A DNA stretch of 63,629 nt, the filler included, from Collodictyon triciliatum (lineage: Eukaryota), in assembly GCA_043381765.1 (NCBI GenBank). It is 12 parts of 12 records of this genome, joined end to end, with 100 filler letters (N's around TTAATTAATTAA, not from the genome) between each part and the next. Parts side by side here need not be neighbours in the genome. Positions count along the whole stretch, not along the records: positions 33,953 to 39,189 come from JBHJMP010005356.1; positions 39,290 to 44,654 come from JBHJMP010005357.1; positions 44,755 to 49,990 come from JBHJMP010005358.1; 9 more parts are not named here. One strand, given 5' to 3'. Shown here one piece after another: positions 33,953 to 47,800 of the stretch. Positions within the stretch are counted from its first letter, which is position 1. Each line of letters begins with the position of its first letter. A program made the position numbers and the translations under genes. Under the pieces are notes generated by a model. That model made no database searches and had not been told where the DNA came from. It saw only the letters and a list, made by a program, of their open reading frames with translations.

Positions 33953-36900
33953 AACCACAAATGAGGTGCCATAGTTCTTGACAAGCTCCATTTTATTGAG
34001 GCGACAAAGATAGGATATCTGATGCGCTATTTCTGTGAGATAAAAAATATTCAATAAAAAAGGGTAGTGTTTTTAGAACATAGTTCGGGGAGACAACCAA
34101 CCTTCGATATGATTTTTTCTCTCCGTTATGGTTAATCCCATGAGAAACTTGTCGATGAATCCAACACATACAACAACCACAATCAAATCTGAATAATTTA
34201 CATCCCCTCCATACTGATTATTCTTGATACTTTCATATATCTCCAACGGCATAACTGACAAAAGGGTCTGCTTCGTGTGCTCTATTTCTTGTAAAACAAG
34301 ATTCATTTGCTAAAAAAGAAAAAAGAGTTCATTAGTAAATGCTGGTTTAGTAATTTCATGTAGAGAAAAATTATTACATCATTCTTTTTGAGTTTAGACT
34401 CTGCTTCCTTCGTTCGAGAGAAAAGGGAGCACCACACTCCGTACATCGATACCGCCATGGGAAATATTTGATAGGAAATGTATACAATGGCCATGTTCAG
34501 CTTACCCAATCTGTAATTAAATGGGTATTTTAAAGGGTCATATGTTTATAATCCAATTTTCCTCCAAATATTTTTCTCGATTTTTAGAAAAACGTATAGA
34601 ATCGGTTAGATAATATTTTGTATGAGTGGAATGTGCTCACTTGTAATAAGGGGAACTCAATCCTAATATCAACGAAATTGCGCAGCTGAATGTCACAAGG
34701 GATAGAGTGGATCGAAACTGTACAAATGGTGCACTGGCGGCGTACGCAACCACCAAATACATTTCTGTCCAATTATCCCGATAGAAATTATGTTCTTGTT
34801 TTCCATACACCAAATTTTGGAGCATAGACCATCGTTTGTAGGATGCATATAAAAGCGTGACGTATCCCATGATAATTGGCATTTTCCTTTGCAACTCTAA
34901 GACACTCTTATCCTCGTAAAACTTAGGTCTATACGATATCCAAACAAAAAAAAATATGGAAAGCGGCAAAAATAAACACATCCGTAAAAAAATCAAATGC
35001 CCCCCACTCTCCCAGCGAGTGAGATTGCACCATGATAGGGTTGCCATATCTATTACCCCATATGTTAGGAATGATATAACAGATACTCCAACCTGAATCC
35101 TGTAAATTATTATTATTTAAAAAATATATATGTTGTTTAAAATAATAGAAATCACTTATTGGATATGTTATCATGAATGCCTTGATTACGATGTTATCAG
35201 ATGGTTGTCCTTTCGCTGATTTAAGACCCGAAGGATATAATCATCGACCCTCTGCTCCCATACAAATTTTGTTTCTTTTGGACCAACTTCTGCCGAAAGG
35301 TGCGTTTTCAAAGTAACATGTCTTTCAGCAACCAAGCACTATTTTAATAATAAATACGTTAGTCTCAAAAAACAGTAATCATCGGTCATTATTAATGAGA
35401 TTAAAGCGAGGCATACTCTAGAGTCGATGATTTCTGGTCTCTCAAGGTCTAATTTAATTTCTTCGTACTGCCTCCACGAGTTTGAGATAACTGATTCCAA
35501 ACATTCATTTTCAAACGTTGTTATAAAGTATTCATTTTCATTCTCAAAATATTCCTTTGTTATCTCCCACCCGAAGTTTTTGTCTTGGATTCTCCTGACT
35601 TTGTACTTTTCCAGCTATTCATAAATTAGTAAAAACGAAATAATTATTTTTATTAGAAATGGAAAAAAGCTATATTTACTAACAGGTATTACATTTGCCT
35701 GCGAATGATATTCGTCTCCGATGATTACTTTATTGCATTTCTCGTGATTATAAGAAAGAAACTTGCTCTTATCCACACCTATGTTTTTATTCGTTTAAGT
35801 GTAAAATAAAAATAAACCAAAAAAAAAACATGAAAATATCAAAGACACTAAAATTGAATTTACTTTCCCCAAAAATATCAAATGACGCTCTCTCTCCTTC
35901 CACTATGAATCCGTATACAGTACCCTTCTCGATTCCAATAGCGGCATGTGTCTACGTTTCATCATCGATTAGTTGGTGTATGGCATTAACACACTAAACA
36001 CTTACACCAGCTATGATGAGGAATCTTTGTATGCTGAGAGCTGTTTCTATGGCTACATTATCGTTCTCCTTCGACAGTTCAAACAAGTTGAACGCCACCT
36101 GTATAAATGTTTTAAAATGCTGAACCCCCTCAATTTCAACAAGTTTATTGTTCTTCTTACCGTAATTTGGTTTCCTTCGATACCAAACAGTCGATTTGGA
36201 GCAAATAAATTGTTTGGGATTAATTGTTGCCTCTTATCGTCAACCATGATAACATTAATATCAGTTACTTACCGCAGCCTTTTATTTTCTCAACTGGATA
36301 GCTAAGAGATTTACAATAAATAAAAATACTTTGATGAAACGCACGTAGATTAATATTTGCGTAGAACAAAGGGTATGACAATATGTTTATAGCAATACGT
36401 TTCAACCTTGATATGATGCTATCTATAATCCTGATAGTAAAAATACATTTAGAAGGAATATAGTTATTTTGACAGTGAATTTTATGGGGGAAATAAACAT
36501 ATTAACCTGTGAGTTTGCTTGACAAATTGATGTGTGAATGTCGATTCTTTGTTTTCGCGGGGATAGAAGACAATATGCATAACTACAGCATGCTTTGATA
36601 TTATGCTAAATAGATCGCATATGGCGTTCTTTTCGAGAGATTTTGCTATGTATCTGTCCAAAAAAAATGTGTGATATTATTTTCCGAATTTTAAGAAACA
36701 TTAGTTTAAATAAAGGTTGAGATAGCTTCAGAATAATCTCATCGTCACCTTGGATACAAATTTCTTATGATTGAGGTAGTTCGATCTTTCTCAGATACCA
36801 TTTTTTTCTCGGTACCCATCCATTACGAATTCATTTATATATTTTCTGGAAATAATAGTAAACAATTATAACTGATTTTTTTTTGTTTCTCATCGTGACA

Positions 36901-38035
36901 TTTTTTTTCCATACCTCCTTTCTGATTTTTCATTTTGGTAAGACATCAAGCAGCCGTTAAGCATTACAATAATGAATGGCATCACGTATCTCAGAAAAAA
37001 CAAGGACGGCTCAGATATGGAAGCGATTACCACAAACGAGAGAAAGAATATTGAAGATATTATCATGTAATATGTGAAGCGAATCCTGAGTATACAAGAG
37101 AATACCTTTTGATGATTCCTGTTAACAATGTACATAGAGCGCCATATCATTGCTTGATTGAATTTTTTGAATAAAAATAACTTTTGAAAAAAAATTGTTA
37201 CCCGAAGTACAAGTTCGTGAAGTGGATTCATGTTCGGTATATTCAATCGTATTTGGTAAGAGCTGATCGAATAGAAATAAAATATGTAGAGAAGACATAG
37301 AACAGTCTCAATCCTATATATATTTAACAGTATTTTTGGGTTAAAATTTTACGTCGGTTTACGCAATTGTTTTGAAAGGGAAGTCACAAACCTTTGCTCT
37401 CTTTTTGAAAGTTTCGTAACCAGAAGAAATAGTAAGTTACATGAGGCCATAGCTGAGGCTGTTATCATGTAACTCCTAGCACATGGAAATAATTCGCTAA
37501 TTTATTATTTTTGTACTATGGGATGGCAGATATCATTAAATAAATAAAGCTACAAGCCGATTTTGTGTTCGTTAGAATTTAATTAGACCTGTCATCCAGA
37601 GACAAAGAGGCTACTATTAACATAAGAAGAATATTGACCATTAAAACAACTTGCAATTTAGCTCTCATAGAATTATGTTTTTCCGTGATGAAATTCTTTT
37701 CGTGGCTGGGGTCACGGAACCTGGATTATTTAACGAGCATATAGCCGTGTGAGGATATGGATTGCATTTAATTCAGTGCCCGATTTTAGTGAACTGACAT
37801 AAGTAGGAATCCCTTGCGTTCTGAGCGCTTACCTGAGACTAAGAGGATCGAACTTTGGGATGTCATTTTCTAACTCATAATTTTTGGAGTTGAAGAGTGT
37901 TTCTAACTTCATATTCACATCCGAAGCTGCATACAAGTCTGCCCCAAATTCGTTCTCCAGCCTGAAAACTGGTTTCTCTTGTGGATGGATAGAGGGAGGG
38001 CTCTTTGCGGAATAGGCTACTTGGCTATCTTCTTC
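33953..38035 (-). CDS. Multi-exon transmembrane class III nucleotide cyclase-like protein (TM-cyclase-TM-cyclase), divergent and incomplete
   Basis: Exons read LRFRDPSHEKNF, TM helices, AIGIEKGTVYGFIVEGERASFDIFGE (like RIGIHTGxVxxGVIGxxRxxYDIWG), a second TM block, LLSVMPLEIYESIK and LVKNYGTSFVV. Confidence 0.7.
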
Positions 38036-41000
38036 NNNNNNNNNNNNNNNNNNNNNNNNNNNNNNNNNNNNNNNNNNNNNNNNNNNNNNNNNNNNNNNNN
38101 NNNNNNNNNNNNNNNNNNNNNNNNNNNNNNNNNNNNNNNNNNNNNNNNNNNNNNNNNNNNNNNNNNNNNNNNNNNNNNNNNNNNNNNNNNNNNNNNNNNN
38201 NNNNNNNNNNNNNNNNNNNNNNNNNNNNNNNNNNNNNNNNNNNNNNNNNNNNNNNNNNNNNNNNNNNNNNNNNNNNNNNNNNNNNNNNNNNNNNNNNNNN
38301 NNNNNNNNNNNNNNNNNNNNNNNNNNNNNNNNNNNNNNNNNNNNNNNNNNNNNNNNNNNNNNNNNNNNNNNNNNNNNNNNNNNNNNNNNNNNNNNNNNNN
38401 NNNNNNNNNNNNNNNNNNNNNNNNNNNNNNNNNNNNNNNNNNNNNNNNNNNNNNNNNNNNNNNNNNNNNNNNNNNNNNNNNNNNNNNNNNNNNNNNNNNN
38501 NNNNNNNNNNNNNNNNNNNNNNNNNNNNNNNNNNNNNNNNNNNNNNNNNNNNNNNNNNNNNNNNNNNNNNNNNNNNNNNNNNNNNNNNNNNNNNNNNNNN
38601 NNNNNNNNNNNNNNNNNNNNNNNNNNNNNNNNNNNNGGCAGGGTACAAATGAGCGTTATTGCGGCTGTGAAGAATATTTGTTCTGTTTGAGTAACTCAGT
38701 GTTCCTGAACGAGAAACAATATTTCGAGTAACCTACTTAATTAGGATATGATTATATGATAATTATAAGCATTATTTTATTGACTATTGGACAAAAATAG
38801 GAGATGAAAGATATCTATATGATATAAAATGCTAAAATATTATAAATTCCACATTTGATATCATTCTTGGAATTTATAATTATGTTGCTAATAGTCACTT
38901 ATTTTATTTTCTAATCTGACTAATATGCTTGAAATACATATGCAATAACAAATATAAAATTGTATGCATATAGGGATTCATATGATTTATCAGTATTTTT
39001 GGTTACACGGCTTATTGCAGCACCCAATCCGGCACATGGAGGTTAGCAAGCAAGATCGGCCCCGCGCCCTTTGCCCGCTTCCAGAGTGTTCCAGGGGCAA
39101 TAAAAACAACAAAACAACAAAACAACAAAACAACAAAACAACAAAACAACAAAACAACAAAACAACAAAACAACAAAACAACAAAACAANNNNNNNNNNN
39201 NNNNNNNNNNNNNNNNNNNNNNNNNNNNNNNNNTTAATTAATTAANNNNNNNNNNNNNNNNNNNNNNNNNNNNNNNNNNNNNNNNNNNNCAAAGCACATA
39301 GGTCGATTTATATCACGATTCAGGACTTCGTTTGTAATAAATTTGCGACAAGAGAACCAGACATGATTTGATTAAACACTCCATGCTGGTATTCTTATCA
39401 TGCGAACTTTTTTTTTCAATTTAGAGATGATTTCTCAACTTTTTTTACATTTTCAATTTTGTTTTGTACAGTATTAGGTATGTTGGCTTTGATTCGCTAG
39501 TATTTGTTCGCATGGATGCTTCCGTCGGAACCTGAGTGACAGAGAAGTAGTCGGTAATTAGGATTTGCAAATCGCGCTTTGGCCTGTAGCCTAAGTCTTA
39601 TGGTGCACGGGAGGTAAGAAGAGGTTAAATCACTTTCTTGGTTTCTTTACACACATTACTTCTCACAGGGCCCGATTAATGAAGAATGTGAAGATGGTAA
39701 AATAATCAGTTGTGTAAATGGGGAGTCATATCACATTAGTAGCAAAGATTCTGCACTTTTATAGTCTCTAATCCTTATAATCATGTACAGAACTATTGTA
39801 TGAAGAGACATCCTGCCATGTGAGAAAAATAAACTCATCCGTTCTGGTATGTCGAAATTTTATTAGTTTATTTTTGTGACTTTTCATCCGAAAAATACCA
39901 GTTTTATATCCCCTTATTTTTATGCAGCACACATTTTTTTGGAGAGATTAGTAGAAATCGGTGCCTTATGTTACCAATCACTTCTTTATCTATAATTGTT
40001 TTTATAAAATTACAGACATTAATCCGATCATAGGATTTGGTTTTCTACTCTGGGAATTTTTTTGTTGAAAAAGAACACGATTGAATTGTTTTGGAGAGCC
40101 TTACACAAGTTAGTAAATTCAAGTGTTTCTAATTGAAAATCGATAATTTCAGACGTGATACATTTTAGAATATCATTTATTCACTTTTTGAGCGTTTGTA
40201 ATTTTTATATGGAAACGAATAGGCACTACGATTATGTCGTCATATGTAATTCGATATTGTCAACACAAAGTCTGATAAATACTATTTAGAGGCAGCATCA
40301 TTCTTCATTTATTATTCCGATGTCTTTTTTTGTATTCTTATTCATATAGGAATGACTACATTCATGCTCCTTGGGGCTGAAGTAAACGAAAGTGAAGGAG
40401 GGGTTTTATAATGAATCTGTATTTTTTTCAACTTTACACATGGAAATCGATTGATTGATACAGGGACTATATGAATTCTGTCGACTTTGATTGTCCCTTC
40501 AGTCTATTCTTATCCATTTCTAATAACAGTAAACATCTGTAGCCACAGCGCAACCGAATTGCTTTAATTCAGAATAATATAATATTGATATATATAATGA
40601 TTGTATTCATGACTATGCCCACATAGATGAGAAAGATAATCATTCGTTTATACCATGAAGGAACCAGTTGGAGGCCTTTAAATATCCAATACGGCCGAAA
40701 GTAGACGAAGTTGCTTGCTTATTATGTTTCGCGGCTCACGGTTTATTACGTTGCCTGAAATGAAAGATTATATTAAAGAAATGCTTTTATTTTACCTCAT
40801 TTATTTTTACGTGATTAAAATAAAAGATTTATAAATTTATGTCTGTTTCATGCTCCATCGTTAATGTGGCTAGTATCAGAATAGCTCAATACATTACATT
40901 TTTTAATAGCTTATTTTTTATGAATCTGATTTTATCGAAAAATATTTAAGCAAAAAGAGGTGTTTATATATCAGTATCATAATAATCTCGAAATATATGT

Positions 41001-42479
41001 TTCATATACCTAGATTTTCAATAAGCTTGTTTAATGACGAATCAGAAGTAACGTATGAATGAATAATGAATGCCATACTTGGGTTTATAGGAACATACCA
41101 GCTAATGAGAGAAAACCGACGATTTAATATCAAAATATTAGTTACTAAGCAACGATGGTATATGATTATTTTTTTGAGTTTTGATTCTTATAGCCTTTGT
41201 TTAGTCATGTTTTGAATCATTCCATGTGAAACAAAAATATATAGAAATTATCTTTTGTACCCGATTTTCACTAAATTTATCTCACGCTCTGAATCCTGCG
41301 AAGGTTATGGCAAAGGACACGAGACAAAACAACCAAGGGAAAGGGAGCTGTTTGATCTGCTGCTACTACCGAGGGGGGGGGGGGTTTGTTAGGATGGACG
41401 GCTCCTTGTTTTTCCGATGATATAAAGAGATGGTCTAAGGAACGATTTGTGGGGCGTGGGGAAGAGTTGTTGTGTGAGAAACAGTAAGTCTCTTTGTTGT
41501 CCAAAATTTCATAAAAATAATAATAAAAAATCATTTCAATATATTCAATGTGTTAAATTGAACGCGAAGGAACAGGTATGTTATCACAAAACTGTTTCTA
41601 TATTTGTATGAATTGCAATTTTTTCATGTAGTATTATACGATTAATATTTTATTCAAAGAAATCATTATGCCAATAAAGCAAAAAAATACACTAGTGTTT
41701 GTTCAGTGCAATTATATTTTCCTTTTTATAACCAATCAAAGCCTGATAAAATACCAGCGATGTCCATGCCTGCAGACTTCATAACTTATCTTTTCTATTC
41801 TATTAAAAAAAACGTGTGTGAAAGATTAATTTTAATTTTGCAATTACTCTAATTTGCCGGCTGTGTCTATTTATTATGAAACGGATAGGAGTCCTTGCCG
41901 AGCTGATAGCCACGTTTCCCACGAAAGGAGTATCTTATTCTATGCATATTCCGTAATTATAATATCCTTATTACTCAAGAACAACTATCCGCTCGAAACA
42001 TCCTTGCCTCAGTTCGCTGCCTGTGATACCACCACCCCTCCCCCCGACTCGGCTGGAAATGCACACCCGACAACAGCTCATCCTCGCCCACATAAATCGT
42101 TGCCTCGCTCCGGTTGCCTTTTTGTTGATGTGTGGTAAGGAGCATGAAGTGTTTTATCCAAATGAATATAAATGCATGTGGGAGGTGCCTACTGAAGCTC
42201 ATGTAACTGATTACTTTTTTTTTCATTTTTTTCCTTCTTGGAATAACGGCACGGAGATCGAAAGTGCAAGCTTGAGACAAACACAACCGAACACAAGAAT
42301 GGAGCCCTCCACTCGACCAAAGGTTCCAGCCACACCTAATCGCACACAAAGAGCGCCCGGAAGCAGAACCTGTACGGAATCGGCTGCCACGTCCGCCTTC
42401 GATGTAAGCACAAATGCCCCAGAACTACCACGCCCACATACATGTAAAGAAAGAATAAGCCCAGTCCTGAAAGATCTTG

Positions 42480-43068
42480 AGTGCCATAATGAGAAGACTA
42501 TGAACCAGCTATTCGATCAACTTCAGGAATACACAGCATCCTTTCCCAAAAAAAAAAATAATAATCGCAGAGACGAGAGTAAAATAATACTGAACTGCTT
42601 TTTTTTCCGTGCCCATGACGAGAGAGGCCAGCTCCTTGCTACCCATTATCTGCCGCATTCCTGCGAGCTTCATCAAGGACGACATCGAAGGTACGTGAAA
42701 AACAACAAACAAACAACTCATCTTCACAGTATTCTCCAAGGGTTAAAACGTGTTTTTGATGAACGAAGCGCTGGATAACAATCCAACATCAGAACTACCC
42801 AAAGTATAAAAAAAATTATATGTTACGTATCCCTCGCTATCTCGTACTCTGTCGAAGAACACAAGGGAAAAGCCAAAAGAAAATATCATGGTTAACACCA
42901 CCACAAATACTAACAGAACGAGCTGTCAAGTATAGAAAGACAATGTCGACCCTTTTAAACCCAACCACCCGGAGCTATGGAAGAATAAGCATCGCTCAAG
43001 CAAGAGCAACTCATACAAGAGCTGTCCAAAAAGAGCGGACGGGTTCTTGGAGACGCACCTCACACTAA
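42480..43068 (+). mobile_element. Decayed LINE (I/Jockey-like) ORF2 fragment: end of the APE domain plus the APE-RT linker
   Basis: DERGQLL...LHQG resembles the APE C-terminus. WLT...KYRK...PT...ARATHTRAVQKERTGSW resembles PWW...RR..PT...ARA..RRxIxxxKRxSW. Frameshifted. Confidence 0.45.
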
Positions 43069-43939
43069 AACAATCTGGACAATCAATTCAAGTTGCAATA
43101 ATATGAATTCTGAATTATTTTTTATTTTCATGCAAAATGCAAGTTAACTTTTTCACTCGAATAGTATTAATATACAAGGATAATTCCTAACGAAGCTTAT
43201 TTTTCGTGATTTGTCTGTTAATGCAAGGCACATTTGGAAAACCATGCAAAAGTTGAATGTAAGGCAAGCACCTAAAACCTGCAAAACTTAACTGGTGGTG
43301 TTCTGGTATTTTTTTTATCCCACGTAAAGCCTTCACGATGAAAATCTCATGCTACAATTAACGGAGAGTAGTCCACGAGTATCGGTATTACAATTTTATT
43401 TTGTTTGTGAATTTGACATCATGTGGGAACATACTAACCATCACATATAGTTTGGGACATTTGCACAGTTTCGAATAGATTCAAAGGAATTATATAAGTC
43501 GACCTGGAAGAATATCAATCTATCACGCAGACTTGCATACATCACATTTGTTATATTATACGAAGTATTTAGCATTAAGAGAATGTTTAGTGGCTGTATG
43601 ATGCATAAGCAAATCATACTATATTATTACAAAAAAGCAATTAAAATATAGAATTCATCTCATATTGAGATATATTTGTATTGACGAATAGTTTATTTCA
43701 TAACAAGAAAAATAAAAAATATTAAGAGTTGTAATTTTGAGCTATGAGCATTAATACAATATAACCTTGTCAGCCTATTGAAACTATCTAAAACGCATTC
43801 AAAATATGAATCGATAAATCAAACAATATCCATACATGAAAAAGTAGAATAACTTCATTGATAATTGGCATATATTATAACCCATGAATACGATGTTTTT
43901 TTTTTGCAACACACACGAAGGAATAGGAAGATTCAAAAC

Positions 43940-44615
43940 ATGTCTGCAACCGAAACAAGCACCGAGCCCAACGTCAGCCTTGTCACCATTGACGAAGTCT
44001 GTACAAATGCATACATTATCTTCAAGAAATATTATATTTATCGGTCAGGATTGATAACTTAATCTGGCAACTGAGCACAGGCTGTCCTCGAATGGGTGAA
44101 CCACCACCTGGGAAAAATCGAGCTCAAGGCGAAGAACATCCGCGATGACTTAATGGACGGGTTCTTTTTGGCCATGCTGATTGAGGCGGTTACCGGAAAG
44201 TCCTTGGGAAGCTACCATTCCCGCTTGTTTGCGTATGATTTATTTATGATATTCACAATTTTTATAGTTTATTTCTTTCATGGATTGGTATTTAATCCCT
44301 TTATTTATATCAGTGACAAAGCTATTGAGGAGGAGGTTCTTGTTGACGTGAATCAAAAAATTATTGTTGATTGGTTTCTGAAATCGAATGTGCGTTATGA
44401 GGCTGTTGCTTCTCAGTCCCATTACGCTGGTTTGCTTTATTTGTTTTAAAGGGAACCGATTTTGGAATTTTTCATATATCATCCATTTATTTTGTATAAG
44501 TAACTGATATATAAATATTCCTACAGATTTGCTCAATGCAATGCTCCAGTATCTTATTGGGCAAAGTGTTGGCCATTTGGGAAGTCTTGGGGTAGCAAAA
44601 CACACCTCCATTTAA
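43940..44615 (+). CDS. Calponin-homology (CH) domain protein (parvin/filamin-type CH), multi-exon
   Basis: Exon 1 (43940-43996) splices in frame to 44081: AVLEWVNHHLGKIELKAKNIRDDLMDGFFLAMLIEAVTG. The 3' exons are uncertain. Confidence 0.7.
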
Positions 44616-44854
44616 TCTTTCATATTTAAGGTTTTTTTTTAATTTTTTTTGAACNNNNNNNNNNNNNNNNNNNNNNNNNNNNNNNNNNNNNNNNNNNNTT
44701 AATTAATTAANNNNNNNNNNNNNNNNNNNNNNNNNNNNNNNNNNNNNNNNNNNNAGAAATAAAGAGAAAAAAAAGAAAAAAAAAGAAAAAAAAAGAAAAA
44801 AAAAGAAAAAAAAGAAAAAAAAGAAAAAAAGAAAAAAAAAGAAAAGGAGCTTAC

Positions 44855-47800
44855 CGCTCTGGTCTTGGTCGAAATGGGCGAAGGCATCCTTGGCTGAAAG
44901 CTATGAAACAAAATTTTTGTACAAACTTATGAGCATTTTTTCACAGGCGAATGAATTTATTACGAATGATTAGATAAAATAATCTAAAAATGACTGAATA
45001 ATACGGATCTTTCGAGGAGCATGTTGCCCAGTTTGTTGATAAGGTCTTCAACTTCAGCAGCCTCAGATTCAGAGAGCAAGCGAAGGGTCTGTATGTTACC
45101 CAAAAGAAATGACGATTGTATCACTGATTGAGAAGCAAGATATTTTTTTTTTGGCTCCGACAAAAATCATTACAATAAAAGAAAAAAAGAAAAAAAAAAA
45201 AGAAAAACCTTTTTAAATTTCATCTTGAAACGCGACATAAATTCGTTGTAGCTAACATTGCCATCCATGTCGTCATCAACCGATATTACAAAGTGGGTGA
45301 GCTGGAATGAAATACAAGATAAAAAAAAAGATAATGAGTATGTTGTTCAACTAGGTATTCCTGCCAGAAAAATAAATTAACAAGCAACTCCTTCAAACAT
45401 ACAAACCTGCTCCTTGCTTAGTCCAAGATTCATTTGTTCCAGTGCAGATTGGAATTCCGCATATGACAGAACGCCTACCCGAAGTAAAAAAAAAACAAAA
45501 AACAAAAAACAAAACAAACAAATATAGAATATTATTCGGTAAAATCAAATTAAAATTACAGATAAATTGTTCAATGGTTAGTGGCAACATCGCACTGACT
45601 TTAAAAAGAAAGAAAATGCACAAACCATCGCCATTTGCATCCATTTTCGAAAACTCGGCAGCGAGAGAGTTCCTTGATAAATAAATCTTCTTTGCAACTT
45701 TTTGCGCAATTTCTTCCTCCCAGGCTTTGAGCTTTTTTTAATTTACAAAAAGAACATACATAAACAATAGACCCTGCAATAATGACAAAATGCAGTAGTT
45801 TGATGGAGATCAGATGCACTTACCTTTGGTGAGTCCAAGTCGTATTGATTGAGAAAGATATTGTAATCGATAAATCCAGGTCGAGCACCAGGTGCGATTG
45901 TTGTCTATTATCAAGGATTGTAAATGAATTTTTTTTTCGTAGATTAATAGCATTTTAAAATTACAAAAAGGAATGACAATTGAATAGGAAAATACTCTGA
46001 ATTGCTCCCAGGATAAATTAGGGAAGAGCTCGGTCATTACAGAAACCCAACACTCGTTTGTAATTAAGCCTTGTATATATTAAAAAAAAAGAAGAGAGAG
46101 AGAGATAAGATTCGTCTGATGTTATATGGAATAATGATAATAATGATAATAATGATAATAATGATAATAATGATAATAATGATAATAATGATAATAATGA
46201 TAATAATGATAATAACCCTTTCGTGAATTCACTCTCTTCTTCTCTTCCTATAAATACCATAGGAGAACATGAGTAATAAAATTTAATCGCATTCATACTA
46301 ACAATTCAACGACATAATAGACTTTTTTTCTTATACAGCACCTGTTCGGCTAATTTGAACTTTTCAATCAATGAGTTCTTATTCTCGAAGATAAGCTCAG
46401 CCAGATATATCAGATTTGATTCCTCCAGCTGCTTTTCGTTGCTGTGATTGTAATGTCAAGTTTATACATGTGAAAGTTTCTTATCTATTTTTTTAAAATA
46501 TATTGCAACTTTCGGATATTATCTTACAATACGACTGCAGTTTTCTTCGTAACGTCTAATGAGCGCGATGGTTAGGTCTAAGAATTTCCTTCGAAAATAA
46601 CAAGCATAATTCATAAACATTACACGCCGTTACTACAAATTCAAAGGTTACCTGCAGATGTGTACGTGAACATGTGCAGTCGACTAGCATGGTCAAGAAT
46701 TGCAACAGCACCCTTAGTCACAGTCATAGATAGCAATCAGAATAAACAACACCACACGCAAAAAATCGTTTGCTGGCCAATATGTCACTTGTAATCTTCA
46801 TGTTGGAGCAAATGCTTACTTTGTTTCCGTATGTACCGGTGTAATTCGATGCAGAAAATAAAGTAATGCACCTTCCATTATGTGCCACCTATTACAAGAT
46901 AAAAGATTTTTGGTATCTTCATTATAGGCACATTCTCCCACTTCTTTAAGAATGAACGCGTTGCATGATAAATAAACTTATAGAAAGCAAAACACACTTC
47001 ATATCCGTTGTCTTTCACTTCATGTGATCGAATCAAAGTTGTGAATCCAAGCAACTCAAGGAAGCGTTCTGTAGCTTCGGCTCCGAACTTTAATCCTGCT
47101 CCTCGGGCACTGTCAAATGAAATTTATAAATCAATTTATTATTTTCTTTTATTAAAAAAAACCACACAACTAAGTATGAGTACAAATCAGCCTCTAACTT
47201 GTGTTGGATGCCACTGATTGGTTGAGGGTCGCTCCACAACAGTTCATCAATGATTGGAGATACTCGGGTTGTGTCTACCCTTCGGTCGACTCGTTGGATA
47301 TCCTCCACTTATTCATGATTCACAGTCATAATCCAACATTGTTAAATAAATCAGCTTTAATTGAACATCACGATTCTATAAATTGAGAGTCCCTTTTCGT
47401 TTTGTAAATATTTTATTATTATTATTTTTAAATATAGTGTCCTTCTCTGATGTTGACGGATTATTAATTTATTGGTATATATTACGTGATGTCACATTGA
47501 TCGAAATTCCTCCGTGGATGACAATGACTTTCTTCCCGATTGTTGTAGCGAGAGGAATATGATTGAAAATATCCTGGAAACGATCGAAAACTTCAACGTC
47601 ATACTTTTTTCGAGCCAGTTCCTCTTGGAATCCGTACTGTGCGTTTATCGAACTATAAGAAGAATATATTTCTTGATTAAAATTCATAGACAATATATAT
47701 ATATGTTTAGAGTAAGATGCATGAGACACATAATAGAATAAGATAGATAGTCCCAATAAAAAAAATCGTCGATAAAATTACCGCAGTTCGTGATTTCCAC

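Noticed and set aside
39290-41220. Exon-like plus-strand segments with splice signals
   Set aside because: Stops occur in the frames I tried and no domain is recognisable. Possibly a pseudogene, but not supportable.
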